Source: Candidatus Omnitrophota bacterium (GTDB lineage Bacteria > Omnitrophota > Gorgyraeia > Duberdicusellales > 4484-171). Taken from it: a DNA stretch of 64,000 bases. Shown in pieces: positions 36,953-47,347 of the stretch; within the stretch, counting starts at the first letter, position 1; every line of letters starts with the position of its first letter. The notes under the pieces are model-generated. The model had not been told where the DNA came from, did no database searches, and saw only the letters and a list, made by a program, of their open reading frames with translations. The position numbers were made by a program, and so were the translations under genes. Location: assembly GCA_023134705.1 (NCBI GenBank), contig JAGLUN010000051.1:3362-67361 (forward strand), read 5' to 3'.

Positions 36953-37924
36953 TTAACTTCTATTTGTTAAAAAACTCTTAATTCTTTTGAAAATTAAAAT
37001 AATACTAGGACTTAGATAAGTTAAAACCAAATATTTAAGGGTCTTGAGTTTAAACTTAAATTTTAAAGACCGCTTAAACTCTTTTCTGGCTTCGTCGTTT
37101 TTGTTAACACAAAATAACTTATAACCTATAGTAAAATGATTTTTTGCCAGTCTATATGGCAAAAGTTGATTTAACTTTTTCCGCACATCTGGAAATGCAC
37201 AAATTGTCTTCTCAATTGCCTTGTCTACCCAGAAATACGTATTTCTGACATCCCTTGTTATATGACTATTATGCCTGCGCACCTGCACCAGAGGTAAATC
37301 AATGTAACCTGTTATTTTACGCCCCTTGGTCAAACGCAACCACAAGTCATAATCTTCCGACATTGACAAGGACTCATTAAACACGCCTCCTTTTTTAAAG
37401 CTTTCTCGCTTAAGCAAAACCGAAGATGTCCGAATAAAGTTTTCTCTGAATAGAGAAAAAAAGATGTCTCCAGCGAAACATTTTTTAAACTTATTTGTAT
37501 ATCCTGAGTTATTTACATTGGCTTGCAGGTCAAAGGAACTATAATCAGTATGTATTAACTCAAGAGTAGAATTATTTTTAAATAGTTTTATTTGCGTTTC
37601 AATCTTTTTATCGACCCATCTATCGTCAGCATCTAAAAATGCTACGTATTCGCCCTGAGCATATTCAATGCCTTTGTTTCTCGCTGCTGCCGGCCCTCTA
37701 TTCTCCTGATAAATATAGCATATATTCATTGGTGATTTTGTGGCATGTTGACTTTGTGGCCCCATATATTTTTCAACTACTTCTTTTGTACTGTCTGTAG
37801 ATCCATCATCCACAATAATAATTTCGATATCTCGGTATGTTTGAGCCAAAACAGATTCAATTGCTTGCCCGATATACAGCTCACTATTAAACGCAGGTAT
37901 AATTACATTCACTGATCCCATCAT
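36953..37924 (-). CDS. GT2-family glycosyltransferase
   Basis: It carries VNVIIPAFNSELYIGQAIESVLAQTY, IIIVDDGSTD and FLDADD. Confidence 0.75.
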   Translation of the reverse strand: MMGSVNVIIPAFNSELYIGQAIESVLAQTYRDIEIIIVDDGSTDSTKEVVEKYMGPQSQHATKSPMNICYIYQENRGPAAARNKGIEYAQGEYVAFLDADDRWVDKKIETQIKLFKNNSTLELIHTDYSSFDLQANVNNSGYTNKFKKCFAGDIFFSLFRENFIRTSSVLLKRESFKKGGVFNESLSMSEDYDLWLRLTKGRKITGYIDLPLVQVRRHNSHITRDVRNTYFWVDKAIEKTICAFPDVRKKLNQLLPYRLAKNHFTIGYKLFCVNKNDEARKEFKRSLKFKFKLKTLKYLVLTYLSPSIILIFKRIKSFLTNRS

Positions 37925-38104
37925 CGCTCTTTACCTACATAATCTCTTTAACTGCTATTAAATACACGACTACAATAACCAGAAACATCCCAATAGACAC
38001 CGGAAAAGCATCTTTAATCCTGAACTGCAAACTAAAGTTTTGTAATTCTCTCCTGGCAATATTTACACACTCCGCCTATATTCTGTCATAGATCAATATT
38101 ACCA

Positions 38105-38123
38105 CCAACTTTGTTGGTGGACA
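38105..38123 (-). terminator. Perfect hairpin CCACCAAC-TTT-GTTGGTGG just downstream of the FkbM methyltransferase gene
   Basis: The inverted repeat is read directly. There is no strong U-run, so its terminator function is uncertain. Confidence 0.3.
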
Positions 38124-38137
38124 ATACAAGGTGTGTA

Positions 38138-38872
38138 TCAAGTTAATTCCTTAACCATTACACAATCATATTCTATAATTACTAGATTCCTTTTGTCTCG
38201 AGAGACTGGATAGAGACCGGAAACCCTAAAGCCTAGTTCATTATATTTCTTTAAAACATGAATATAGTCAGGCGCGTCTTTATATATTTGCTTAAACGAC
38301 AATTCTGACTGTATTCCGAAAATATTGTTTATGCTTTTTTGAGCCCCTTTAATAACTTCCAAATCGAAACCTTGCGTATCCATTTTTAGAAAAACGCAGG
38401 GCTTATTTATGTCTTTGAGGATTTTAAAAAGTATTGAGTCTATGGTTTTTACCTGGACATTTTCGGCATGATCAATATCAAGAGAATCTTTGAACCTTTC
38501 TTTTGAGTAAGATACCGGGGTTAAAAATGACGAAAAGTCATCAGATTTCATAACTTTAATAGTTTTAGTCGATTCCTCACTACCCAGGGCAAAATTATAA
38601 GCTTTCCATTTCGGATCATTTTTACAACACAAAGATAATTCTTTAAAAGAGTGTTGAACAGGTTCAAATGATATTATTTGCCCTAAAAACCCATTTCTTC
38701 TTAATCGCCTTCCGAACTCTCCTTTATGCGCACCAACATCTATAACACAATTGACATTCAGAATTTTAAAAAGATTAAAAACGTGACGATCAATTACTAA
38801 ATGGTTATCTTTTATTTTGACGCGATACAAATCATAACCAAAAAAGTTTGCGATTTGTTTGATCAATTTCAT
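38138..38872 (-). CDS. FkbM-family SAM-dependent methyltransferase
   Basis: It carries VIDVGAHKGEF (motif I) and is 244 aa. It is a typical sugar O-methyltransferase of glycan clusters. Confidence 0.65.
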   Translation of the reverse strand: MKLIKQIANFFGYDLYRVKIKDNHLVIDRHVFNLFKILNVNCVIDVGAHKGEFGRRLRRNGFLGQIISFEPVQHSFKELSLCCKNDPKWKAYNFALGSEESTKTIKVMKSDDFSSFLTPVSYSKERFKDSLDIDHAENVQVKTIDSILFKILKDINKPCVFLKMDTQGFDLEVIKGAQKSINNIFGIQSELSFKQIYKDAPDYIHVLKKYNELGFRVSGLYPVSRDKRNLVIIEYDCVMVKELT

Positions 38873-38984
38873 TTTTGTCCTTTTGAAAAATTCAAAATTA
38901 ATAATTAAAATACTTTTCGAACATATGAAAAAGAATCGTTCATATTAATTACCTATAGTTATTGTCTTACACTCCTCTATTTTC

Positions 38985-39181
38985 CTAATAAAAATATTTA
39001 ATTCTGTCAGAATATTTTTTGAGATATTCTTCTAATACTTCTTCGGTATTATCTGTGAGACTACATCAACAACAATAATTTCAAAATCCTGAAAGGTTTG
39101 ATACAACATTGATTCTATCGCTTCAGTTATATGTTTTGCACAGTTATAAGTAGGAATTATTACACTTACTAAAGATTTCAT
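38985..39181 (-). pseudogene. Remnant 5' fragment of a GT2 glycosyltransferase gene (frameshifted and truncated)
   Basis: The minus strand reads [39 protein letters not shown], then shifts frame. After an apparent 4-nt loss the other frame continues as [23 protein letters not shown] and stops. Confidence 0.5.
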
Positions 39182-39192
39182 TTTTGCATCCT

Positions 39193-40698
39193 TTAAGGTA
39201 ACAATACCGCTTTTTTAAAATACTTTCTTTCCATTTTATTAAAACCGAAAGAAAAGATAAGAATAATAAATAATAAAAATCCACAGCAAGATAAAATTAT
39301 TAAATTCAAATAATTTGGTACTATAAAAACTTTGAACAACTGCCAAAATAAAACAAGAATAAATAAAGATTTAAATGTTATCGGTATTAATATGTTAAAG
39401 TAAAACTTAGTCGGTTTAAAATCTATAATTTTACAAATATATATTGGTTGTACAAATAATTTTACTATTAACATAGGGATAGCTTGTCCAAGGGCAACGC
39501 CAATTAAACCAAACCTCCTTACAAGTAATAAGCTAAGTATAAGATTGCTAAGCCCCTCTAGACTATTAGCTATAGCAAAGTACTTATGTTTTGAAATACC
39601 ATACAGTAACCCCCATGCTGAACTTTGCATTAAGGCAAAGATTGTAGGTATAATTAATATTAGAAGGATAGGGTAAGCGTTTGTATACTCCTTGCCAACC
39701 CACCGTTCAAGGAAGGCCTTGCCAAGTAATATTATAAATCCTCCTATAAAAAATGATAAATAGCCACTTATTTTTGTAATCAATACATATTTTTCTTGTA
39801 TGGATTTATAATCTCCTTTTCCATCATACTGGCTAAATACAGGCATCATCAATCCTGTTGAATTAGAGATAAACATTGTAAAATATCTTATAAGATTTGC
39901 AGCTACAGCATAAATAGTCACATAATTTAAGCCCATAAAACCTGCAATAACAAAATTGCTGACTTTGAAGTTTAATTGATTCGCAATTTGTATTATAAAA
40001 CTAGTAAAGCTATATTTAAAAAAAGGTTTTAATAATGACATATCTATAAATTTCCTAGATAAAACTATGTAGTTAAACATCTTTTTAACCATAATAAATT
40101 TAACAAGATAACCAGAAGCTTCAAGACCGAAAGTAATTATTGCTAGAGCCAAAATCCCATATCCAGCCTTTAAGAAAACAACCACTAAGGCAGTTCTTAA
40201 TATTAACTTGCTAAATTCTATAGTAGCGTATAAATCATATCTAACGTGTGAGAGGAGAATTCCAGAAAAAACACGCATAGGAAATCCAAATGCCATGCTT
40301 ACTCCCAATACAACTATTAATTGTCTAAAAAGAACTACATCTGATGGTCTTTTTACAAAAAATGGCGCTAATGCAACAATCACAACCGTAATAAGTAAAC
40401 TTAATACTCCTATAAAATTAAAAAGCAACAATGAAGTATTAATACTCTTGTTTGCTGCAGTAAAATCCTGTGAACCAATTGCTTTTGAAATAAATCTCTG
40501 GGCTGCAAAAACTAAACCAAAATCAAAAATTCCATAAAAGCCTAAAAAAGAACCAGCAATCATCCAAAGCCCATACATTTTATCGCCTAAAGAATGTATT
40601 ATGAACGGCATAAGAAGTATACCTATTAATGCGCTAGCAATAAAATTAGATGTTCCTACTACAGATCCTCTAATTAAAGCTTTTGCTTTCCTACTCAT
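39193..40698 (-). CDS. wzx: Wzx-type oligosaccharide flippase (polysaccharide biosynthesis protein, MOP superfamily)
   Basis: It has about 12-14 transmembrane helices and is 501 aa. Its position in the glycan cluster fits a flippase. Confidence 0.6.
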   Translation of the reverse strand: MSRKAKALIRGSVVGTSNFIASALIGILLMPFIIHSLGDKMYGLWMIAGSFLGFYGIFDFGLVFAAQRFISKAIGSQDFTAANKSINTSLLLFNFIGVLSLLITVVIVALAPFFVKRPSDVVLFRQLIVVLGVSMAFGFPMRVFSGILLSHVRYDLYATIEFSKLILRTALVVVFLKAGYGILALAIITFGLEASGYLVKFIMVKKMFNYIVLSRKFIDMSLLKPFFKYSFTSFIIQIANQLNFKVSNFVIAGFMGLNYVTIYAVAANLIRYFTMFISNSTGLMMPVFSQYDGKGDYKSIQEKYVLITKISGYLSFFIGGFIILLGKAFLERWVGKEYTNAYPILLILIIPTIFALMQSSAWGLLYGISKHKYFAIANSLEGLSNLILSLLLVRRFGLIGVALGQAIPMLIVKLFVQPIYICKIIDFKPTKFYFNILIPITFKSLFILVLFWQLFKVFIVPNYLNLIILSCCGFLLFIILIFSFGFNKMERKYFKKAVLLP

Positions 40699-40738
40699 TA
40701 TCTCTCCTTATAATGTTGCAACAATGCCATCTATTGTA

Positions 40739-41905
40739 TTATAAGATCTCATACAACTGCAGATGCTGATTAATAACTTTTCCAATAGCAAATTTTTCTT
40801 CAATCATCCGTCTTCCCAATACCCCCATTTCAAGTGACAGGTTTTTACTATTTAAAAGTGATTTAATTGCATCACCTAAAGCAACATGATCCCCAGCTGG
40901 CACCAGAACACCATTTGTACCATGCTTAACAAGCTCTGGTATACCTCCAACAGCACTTGCAACAACGGCTTTGCCAGCTGCCATTACTTCAAGGATGGTA
41001 TATGGCAAGGCTTCTTTTAGGGATGGGTGGACAAGAAAATCAGAAGCACACAGTATTTCAGGAACGTCACTTCGTCGGCCAGTAAAATAAATATTCTCTT
41101 GCACACCAAGTTCATCTACTAATTCTGTTAGATTTTTTTGAAAATAGCCTTCGCCCACAACGATAAACATGACCTCTGGAGCATATTTTGTAACCATGGG
41201 AATGGCACGAATCAAATATTCTAGCCCCTTCGCCGGTATCAACATTGAAACAGTCGTTATAAAAAATAATCTATTTACTATATTTAAGTTTGGGAAAATC
41301 TCTGCCATAGTTTTTTTGGATTGAAATTTATCAAGATTAACACCATTATAAATAACCATGATTTTACTTTCCGACACTCCCTTGGCAATCAATTGTTTCT
41401 TCACTTCTTTTGACACAGCACAAATTTTGTCAACAACATGAGAAAGTAAACCTATTTTTGAAATATATTTTTTTAGTGTTTTAAGCAAAAAACTACCACT
41501 TGCATTGTGTATTTCAGAGTGCTGATACCAAATTAACTTAGGCAAGCATAACATTAATGCATTAAGCATTTTTATAACAAAAATAGTTGATTCAAAGCAA
41601 AAATGAAATGTTGCCAGATCTATTTTTTTAGATTTTATTAGATTAGCTATAGAAAAAGCTATCCAAATATTATGTTTTCTTTTGTCAAATTTGTCAGCCC
41701 ACCAATTGTTTAATACGGTATATTTAAATCCTACATCCTTTAACTTGGTTTTGACCAGTTCACATGGCTCGATAGGAAGCACAAATTCTGCAATCACATC
41801 GCGTTTTACGCATTCTTGTAAAAACATGCGATGAAACTCCGCCATTGAATCCAAGCGCTTCATATAATAGTCCATTACGATCAGAATTCTTTTATTTTTA
41901 TCCAT
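40739..41905 (-). CDS. GT4-family glycosyltransferase
   Basis: It carries EALPYTILEVMAAGKAVVASAVGGIPELV. Confidence 0.7.
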   Translation of the reverse strand: MDKNKRILIVMDYYMKRLDSMAEFHRMFLQECVKRDVIAEFVLPIEPCELVKTKLKDVGFKYTVLNNWWADKFDKRKHNIWIAFSIANLIKSKKIDLATFHFCFESTIFVIKMLNALMLCLPKLIWYQHSEIHNASGSFLLKTLKKYISKIGLLSHVVDKICAVSKEVKKQLIAKGVSESKIMVIYNGVNLDKFQSKKTMAEIFPNLNIVNRLFFITTVSMLIPAKGLEYLIRAIPMVTKYAPEVMFIVVGEGYFQKNLTELVDELGVQENIYFTGRRSDVPEILCASDFLVHPSLKEALPYTILEVMAAGKAVVASAVGGIPELVKHGTNGVLVPAGDHVALGDAIKSLLNSKNLSLEMGVLGRRMIEEKFAIGKVINQHLQLYEIL

Positions 41906-41911
41906 AAGCGT

Positions 41912-42961
41912 TTAGCCTTTAAATAGCTCAACAAATTTTGAAATCTTTTTTGAAAACATATATACAAAGTTGTAGAAAACCTTCGGAATCTCTAACCTTA
42001 TATAATAGTGCATGTTGCGTTTATTTCCGTCTACGCAAGCCAACCATTCTCTATCATTTATTTTGAGTGCCGACAAATGATGCATGCCATCTTTATTCCA
42101 ACCAGTATTTGAAAATTTTAATATTGGGTATTTATTTATCTCTTTTTCAATATATTTGTTTGTAGTAAGCTCTAGAATCTCAAATCCCCTTAATGAACTA
42201 CCATATCTCGGATAACCATTTTGAGCTACTCGTATCAATTTTCCATTTATATTGAGAATATTACCGCCTGATCTCGTTTTAGAACGGTCATTTTTGATTA
42301 TTGGACTTTTAGGATGTAAAGTCCAAGGACCATCTGGTGTAAGTGCATAATAAAGATTTAATGTCGATGGCGATATGGTTGTAAATAACCACCATTTGTC
42401 ATTATAATAAAAAATTGTTGAATCAACAAAATCGTTTCCTGTAAGAATTTTTTTTACTAGCTTCCATTTATACGGAAAGTTTTCGGATTTATACAACCTA
42501 ATGGATTTGTCCTCTGCGGATTCCGGAATCATATAATATTGATTTTCATACTTGAATACACATGGGTATGAAAGATGGAAAGGCTCTTTTAAAACTACTT
42601 TTTGATACTCCCAGTTAATCCCTTCTATGCTTGTAGCTAATCCAATATTACCTCCCTTGGATGTCAAAGTCTCAAAAAACATGTAGTAGGTTCCTTTTTC
42701 AAAAACTAAAAATGGATCTGCAACAAACTTAGTATTCCTGCAACCTACATTCTTCATTGATAAAACAGGATTTAATATACCGGGATAAGGCGTTAACTGA
42801 AATGAGGAGTTATCCGATAATATTTTATATATACCAATACTCCATTCATCGCCCTCTTTTGCGTTCAAGCTTATAGGTAGAAACTGAGTTTTAGCACCAA
42901 TGCTCACCAAAACAAATACAGCTAAAGAAAATATAAAAATGATTTTTAATGTTTTATTCAT
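41912..42961 (-). CDS. Secreted five-bladed beta-propeller protein of the GH43/GH130-like (glycoside hydrolase or glycan-modifying) fold
   Basis: It has a signal peptide. The motif ADPFLVFEKGTYYMFFE is typical of the first blade of GH43-like propellers. It is 349 aa. Confidence 0.4.
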   Translation of the reverse strand: MNKTLKIIFIFSLAVFVLVSIGAKTQFLPISLNAKEGDEWSIGIYKILSDNSSFQLTPYPGILNPVLSMKNVGCRNTKFVADPFLVFEKGTYYMFFETLTSKGGNIGLATSIEGINWEYQKVVLKEPFHLSYPCVFKYENQYYMIPESAEDKSIRLYKSENFPYKWKLVKKILTGNDFVDSTIFYYNDKWWLFTTISPSTLNLYYALTPDGPWTLHPKSPIIKNDRSKTRSGGNILNINGKLIRVAQNGYPRYGSSLRGFEILELTTNKYIEKEINKYPILKFSNTGWNKDGMHHLSALKINDREWLACVDGNKRNMHYYIRLEIPKVFYNFVYMFSKKISKFVELFKG

Positions 42962-42967
42962 AAGTTT

Positions 42968-43975
42968 TTAAAAATTATTTTGCAAAATAACATCGATTAC
43001 AGAATAAATGTGCTTATAATTCCACTTGTCTTTCTGTAGATGCTCATCAATAAGTTGTTGTCGATATCTTCTAGTAATGGTATTTATCCAAAACATAATC
43101 AACATAGGTCTTATAAATTGGTCAGAAATCATAAGCCTGCCTAAATACTTATCAATTATTTTTTGCTCAAGCATGCTAAATTTAGAGCTTATAGGGCCAT
43201 TGCAAAATACATGCAAGAGCTGTTGCCTTTTCATAATTCCCTTTTTATCTATTAAAAGATAGAATACATCTAAAAGTGGCAATCCCTCCAGTCCCGAGAG
43301 ATCCCAGTCTATAATGCCTTCTATATGCCATGTTTTAGTATTAACGAGTATGTTTTCTACCTTATAATCTCCGTGCATCCATACAGTCTTAAATTTTTTA
43401 TCAATTAATTGTTTTTTAATATTTTGTTTTATCGTTTTAAGTTTTTCTCGATATTCATCATTTAGATACAAATTTAATCTCTCAAAGTCTCTGCCAAATA
43501 ATCGTTTAAAATTGGATTCCGTTATAGTAATATCTTTTGCTGTTTCCTGATGGAATTTGGTTATAAAATCCGCTGCTTTTACTACCAACTCATCCATCTT
43601 TTTGATCGGTAGACCTATGGCAACTCCGGGCAATTTTTCTTCACAATAGTATTTTTTCCCTTGGAATTCGCCTTCTTGTAAAATTCGCGGAGTTAAGTTT
43701 GCTATATTTGTTTTTTGTGTTTTTTTCAACATTATCTTATTTACTCTACATCTTATAGCGCTTAACCTATCCAATGGCATGCGAAGTATGTTTTTTTTAG
43801 TTATAATAATAAGAGTATTTGGCTTCCCAATAAAAATCCTCTTAACATTCTTAAGGCCTAAATCTTTAATAATAGCATTGCCCAAAGAATTATTCTTAAG
43901 TAAAGGATTATTAAAAATACTTGCCTTAATAGATTCTTTAAAAATCAAAATTCTGTCTTTAAACTCACTAAGCAT
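42968..43975 (-). CDS. Protein-kinase-like (aminoglycoside/choline-kinase type) phosphotransferase
   Basis: It carries HGDYKVENILV (the catalytic loop HGDxxxxN) and IIDWDLSG (DxD). Confidence 0.5.
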   Translation of the reverse strand: MLSEFKDRILIFKESIKASIFNNPLLKNNSLGNAIIKDLGLKNVKRIFIGKPNTLIIITKKNILRMPLDRLSAIRCRVNKIMLKKTQKTNIANLTPRILQEGEFQGKKYYCEEKLPGVAIGLPIKKMDELVVKAADFITKFHQETAKDITITESNFKRLFGRDFERLNLYLNDEYREKLKTIKQNIKKQLIDKKFKTVWMHGDYKVENILVNTKTWHIEGIIDWDLSGLEGLPLLDVFYLLIDKKGIMKRQQLLHVFCNGPISSKFSMLEQKIIDKYLGRLMISDQFIRPMLIMFWINTITRRYRQQLIDEHLQKDKWNYKHIYSVIDVILQNNF

Positions 43976-44070
43976 AACACTCCTGGGATTGCCTTACTCC
44001 TTTTTATACCTGCTACTAATCCTACATATCCCAACCCAATTGTACAAATATTCATAACAATGTTCTATTT

Positions 44071-44742
44071 TTAACCTTTTGTTTTGATGAACTTATTTGA
44101 GATCTTTATTCCTTTTGTTATTATATGTACAAACGGAGAACTTTTTTTGGTAATATGTTCTGCTAAACTTAAATTTAAAAGAAATTCTTCTTTGCTATTA
44201 AAGGACTGGATTTTTAAAACGGTACTATCTATCTCATCTCTTGTATGAGCATCGCTTCCTGATATCTTTATTTTTTTTTCTTTTTCAGCTAACTTGAGAG
44301 CTCTTTCATTATCTTTTGCATATAAATTCCTTGAATTAAAGACCTCCAGAATATCAACGCTATCTATTATTCTATTTAAGGCATTCTCTCTTAATCTTTC
44401 TTTTCTAAATGAGTCGTATGGATGCGGGATACAAACAATACCATTTTGGCATCTTATTTGTTCTATAGTCTTTTCCGGGCTCATTCCGGAACATATCTCT
44501 TTATCTAAGAATAAGCCCATAACTTCACCTTCAGTAGTATTTATTTCCTCTCCCACTATTATCTGTAATCCTTCTGGTGCTACTTTCTTTAACTCAATAG
44601 CCCCCTTTATAGTATTGTGATCTGTAATTATAATTGAGCTTATGTTCTTATGTATGCAAAATTCTATTACTTCCCTTAAAGAAGTCCTGCAGTCTAAAGA
44701 GAATTCAGTATGGATGTGAAATGCACACTTTATAATGCTCAT
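44071..44742 (-). CDS. PHP-domain metal-dependent phosphoesterase
   Basis: It carries FHIHTEFSLD, IIITDHNT and SGSDAHT, the PHP His/Asp metal ligands. It is 223 aa. Confidence 0.55.
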   Translation of the reverse strand: MSIIKCAFHIHTEFSLDCRTSLREVIEFCIHKNISSIIITDHNTIKGAIELKKVAPEGLQIIVGEEINTTEGEVMGLFLDKEICSGMSPEKTIEQIRCQNGIVCIPHPYDSFRKERLRENALNRIIDSVDILEVFNSRNLYAKDNERALKLAEKEKKIKISGSDAHTRDEIDSTVLKIQSFNSKEEFLLNLSLAEHITKKSSPFVHIITKGIKISNKFIKTKG

Positions 44743-45992
44743 TTTGAACCACCTTTATTGCATACTAAAGGTCTAATAATTTTCTCTATTGTCAAAGATG
44801 CCAAAATAATAATAAAAGGAATTGCCAGCAATCGATACCTGGTAGTAGAATACGTAAGCATAATTACCAGCGAAATAGATATGATCCAAAAATGGAATAG
44901 CCACCACTCGACATTCATATCTTTTATAAGGATTATGATAGCTGGTATCGCTAAAATAATTAAACCAGCATACCAGACAAGCCATACTATTCTAAAAATC
45001 GTTTCAGGGGTTAATTGAGTTAAGTCCATATTATGATAAGGAACTCTCCATAATAAATATAGTTTCTTTAGAGATAATCTTACGGATCTAATAGGATCTT
45101 CTAAGATAAATTCGATCCCTTTCTTATACCCCTCACTACCTGCTCTTAATTCTAAACGCGATAGCTCCTCATCTGTGGCATTTTCTAATGTATCAGGCCA
45201 TATGACACCTGGCGCTAATCTCCAGAGAAAATCACCATTAGCATCAGGGTTATTACCCATGTAAAAATTTATTCCACCATTAGTAGATACAGGGACTATT
45301 TTATGCAATATCGCATAATTCCTTATTATCCATGGCGACATCGTAACCATCATAAAAATAGCAATAACCAAAAACTTCTTTATGGATTTTTTTACTTTTC
45401 CCGGAGAAGGGGAAGATATGAATATCCACACAGAAATAGGGGCAATAAAAAGAAATGCTGTCTCTCGTGTAAGAGCAGAAAGCCCCAACAAAATACCGCT
45501 AATTATTCCATCTTTATTTGCAGAATGTCTCATAAATCTGTAAAGGAATAAAATAGCTGACATAAATAAAAACAAAAATAATGTCTCGCTCCATAATTCT
45601 CCTGGATACCTAATAAACTGAGGATAAAAAGCAAATAAACCAGCAGCTATTAAAGCTGTTAACTTATTAGAAAGTAATTTGGTTAATAAATAGATCACTA
45701 TACAAGTCAATATACTTAATATCGCCTGAATCACTTTCACTGCAAGATAGTTATAGCCGAATAGTTTATAGATGCCTGCTAAAAAATAAGGATATGCAGG
45801 CGGCCTATACGCAAACAGCTGGCCATTACGATAAGAACCTTCTTCTATTATATGTTTGGCTGCTTTATCATAATAATAAGGATCGCTTTTTATCTCTTTA
45901 GGTGAGTAAGCAAATATCCAAAAAAGCCTTAAGAAAAAGGCAAACGTCAAAGCAACAAACAATATTTTCTTAGTTGATATATCCTTAAACAT
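44739..45992 (-). CDS. GT-C fold polyprenyl-phosphate-sugar-dependent glycosyltransferase (ArnT/PMT, GT83/GT39-like)
   Basis: It carries FAYRPPAYPYFLAGIYKLFG in the first periplasmic loop, matching ArnT YRPPLYPxF. It has about 11 transmembrane helices. Confidence 0.6.
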   Translation of the reverse strand: MFKDISTKKILFVALTFAFFLRLFWIFAYSPKEIKSDPYYYDKAAKHIIEEGSYRNGQLFAYRPPAYPYFLAGIYKLFGYNYLAVKVIQAILSILTCIVIYLLTKLLSNKLTALIAAGLFAFYPQFIRYPGELWSETLFLFLFMSAILFLYRFMRHSANKDGIISGILLGLSALTRETAFLFIAPISVWIFISSPSPGKVKKSIKKFLVIAIFMMVTMSPWIIRNYAILHKIVPVSTNGGINFYMGNNPDANGDFLWRLAPGVIWPDTLENATDEELSRLELRAGSEGYKKGIEFILEDPIRSVRLSLKKLYLLWRVPYHNMDLTQLTPETIFRIVWLVWYAGLIILAIPAIIILIKDMNVEWWLFHFWIISISLVIMLTYSTTRYRLLAIPFIIILASLTIEKIIRPLVCNKGGSK

Positions 45993-46004
45993 TCATTTCC
46001 CTTT

Positions 46005-46349
46005 CTATTGCCCCATTGATAACAAACAAATACCGGAAACTACCAAAAGAACTCCCCCAATTTGATGTAACTTTAAAAATTCTCCAATAAAAAAATATGC
46101 CAAAAGTACAACTAATAGATTAGAGCCTCCAATAACAACCGGAAAAGCAACTAATAACTTGACATGTTTCAATACAACCAAATACATGACAGTGCTAATG
46201 ACATAACAAGATAGTCCTATCCATATAAAATAATTCGTCGTTAAGTTTTGTAAGGAAAAAGATCCTGAAGCTTTCTTTAAACATAACTGGCCAGCCGAGG
46301 TTAATATAATTGTTAAAACCATAATAGTATTTATAATCCAATTTGACAT
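46005..46349 (-). CDS. Small 4-TM EamA/SMR-like protein (ArnE/ArnF-type polyprenyl-phospho-sugar flippase subunit)
   Basis: It is 114 aa with four hydrophobic helices. It sits between the ArnT-like and UbiA-like genes. Confidence 0.5.
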   Translation of the reverse strand: MSNWIINTIMVLTIILTSAGQLCLKKASGSFSLQNLTTNYFIWIGLSCYVISTVMYLVVLKHVKLLVAFPVVIGGSNLLVVLLAYFFIGEFLKLHQIGGVLLVVSGICLLSMGQ

Positions 46350-46365
46350 ATTAAATGCTCCTTAA

Positions 46366-47334
46366 TCAATGCATTAAGATGCTAAAAGTTACAAGAAGCC
46401 AAAGCACTATTGGGACAATAAAAGCTTTGTCTTTTAATATAATATCAACCGGTCCTATCCCATTACCTTCCTGCGTCTTAAACATATAACGAAATAAACA
46501 ATATATAACCATAGGCACAGTATACATAAAAGCAGTTGAGTGATGCCTGGCAACGGTTTCAGGATCTACTACAAAAAGGATATAAGACAATATACATATA
46601 GCGTTCATTATAGATAGCGCTGAATTTAGCTTTTCCTTGCTATACACGATCAAAGTAGGCCTGGCATCAGATCTTTTTATTGTCCCATTGCTAAGCCACT
46701 CTAACTCTGCACGTCTTTTTCCAAATGCGAGAAATAAGCTAAGAGAAAAACCACAAACCATAAACCATCTGGACGGTTCAACGCTTATAACATAGCAACC
46801 TGCGATAAATCTGAGCATAAAACCTATAGAAATCGATAACACATCGGCTATTACTTTATGTTTTAAATATGTACTATATATTACATTATTGAATACATAG
46901 GCTAACATGATTAAAAATACTACTTTATCTAGCGTAAATGCTAAACCCAGCCCTGAGCTCAAAAGAATTATCCCTACAAATATAGCTGTAGTTTTAGAAA
47001 TATTACCAGATGCAATAGGCCTTAACTTCTTTTTTGGATGAACTTGGTCTTTTTTTATATCTACGATATCATTAAGTATATAAATACTACTTGAAATAAT
47101 ACTAAAGGCGAAAAAACAATATATAGCCTGTATAACAGAATGAAGATCAAGAAATAATCTAGAAAAAACTAAGGGTGCCAAGACAAATACATTCTTAATC
47201 CAATGATGGATACGTAATTGTTTAGCCCAAATAGCAAGTAAATTATTACTCACTTTTGTAATTCCGGGGATACGATACCCAATTGTTAACCATAAAATTT
47301 TCATGAGATTCTTTTTTGTTTCAATATATTTCAA
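46366..47334 (-). CDS. UbiA-superfamily polyprenyl-phosphate phosphoribosyl (sugar-phosphate) transferase, resembling decaprenyl-phosphate phosphoribosyltransferase
   Basis: It carries ILNDIVDIKKDQVHPKKKLRPIASG, matching the NDxxDxxxD...RPxxxG motif of DPPR synthases. It has about 8 transmembrane helices. Confidence 0.55.
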   Translation of the reverse strand: MKYIETKKNLMKILWLTIGYRIPGITKVSNNLLAIWAKQLRIHHWIKNVFVLAPLVFSRLFLDLHSVIQAIYCFFAFSIISSSIYILNDIVDIKKDQVHPKKKLRPIASGNISKTTAIFVGIILLSSGLGLAFTLDKVVFLIMLAYVFNNVIYSTYLKHKVIADVLSISIGFMLRFIAGCYVISVEPSRWFMVCGFSLSLFLAFGKRRAELEWLSNGTIKRSDARPTLIVYSKEKLNSALSIMNAICILSYILFVVDPETVARHHSTAFMYTVPMVIYCLFRYMFKTQEGNGIGPVDIILKDKAFIVPIVLWLLVTFSILMH

Positions 47335-47347
47335 CTTTCTTGTGATC

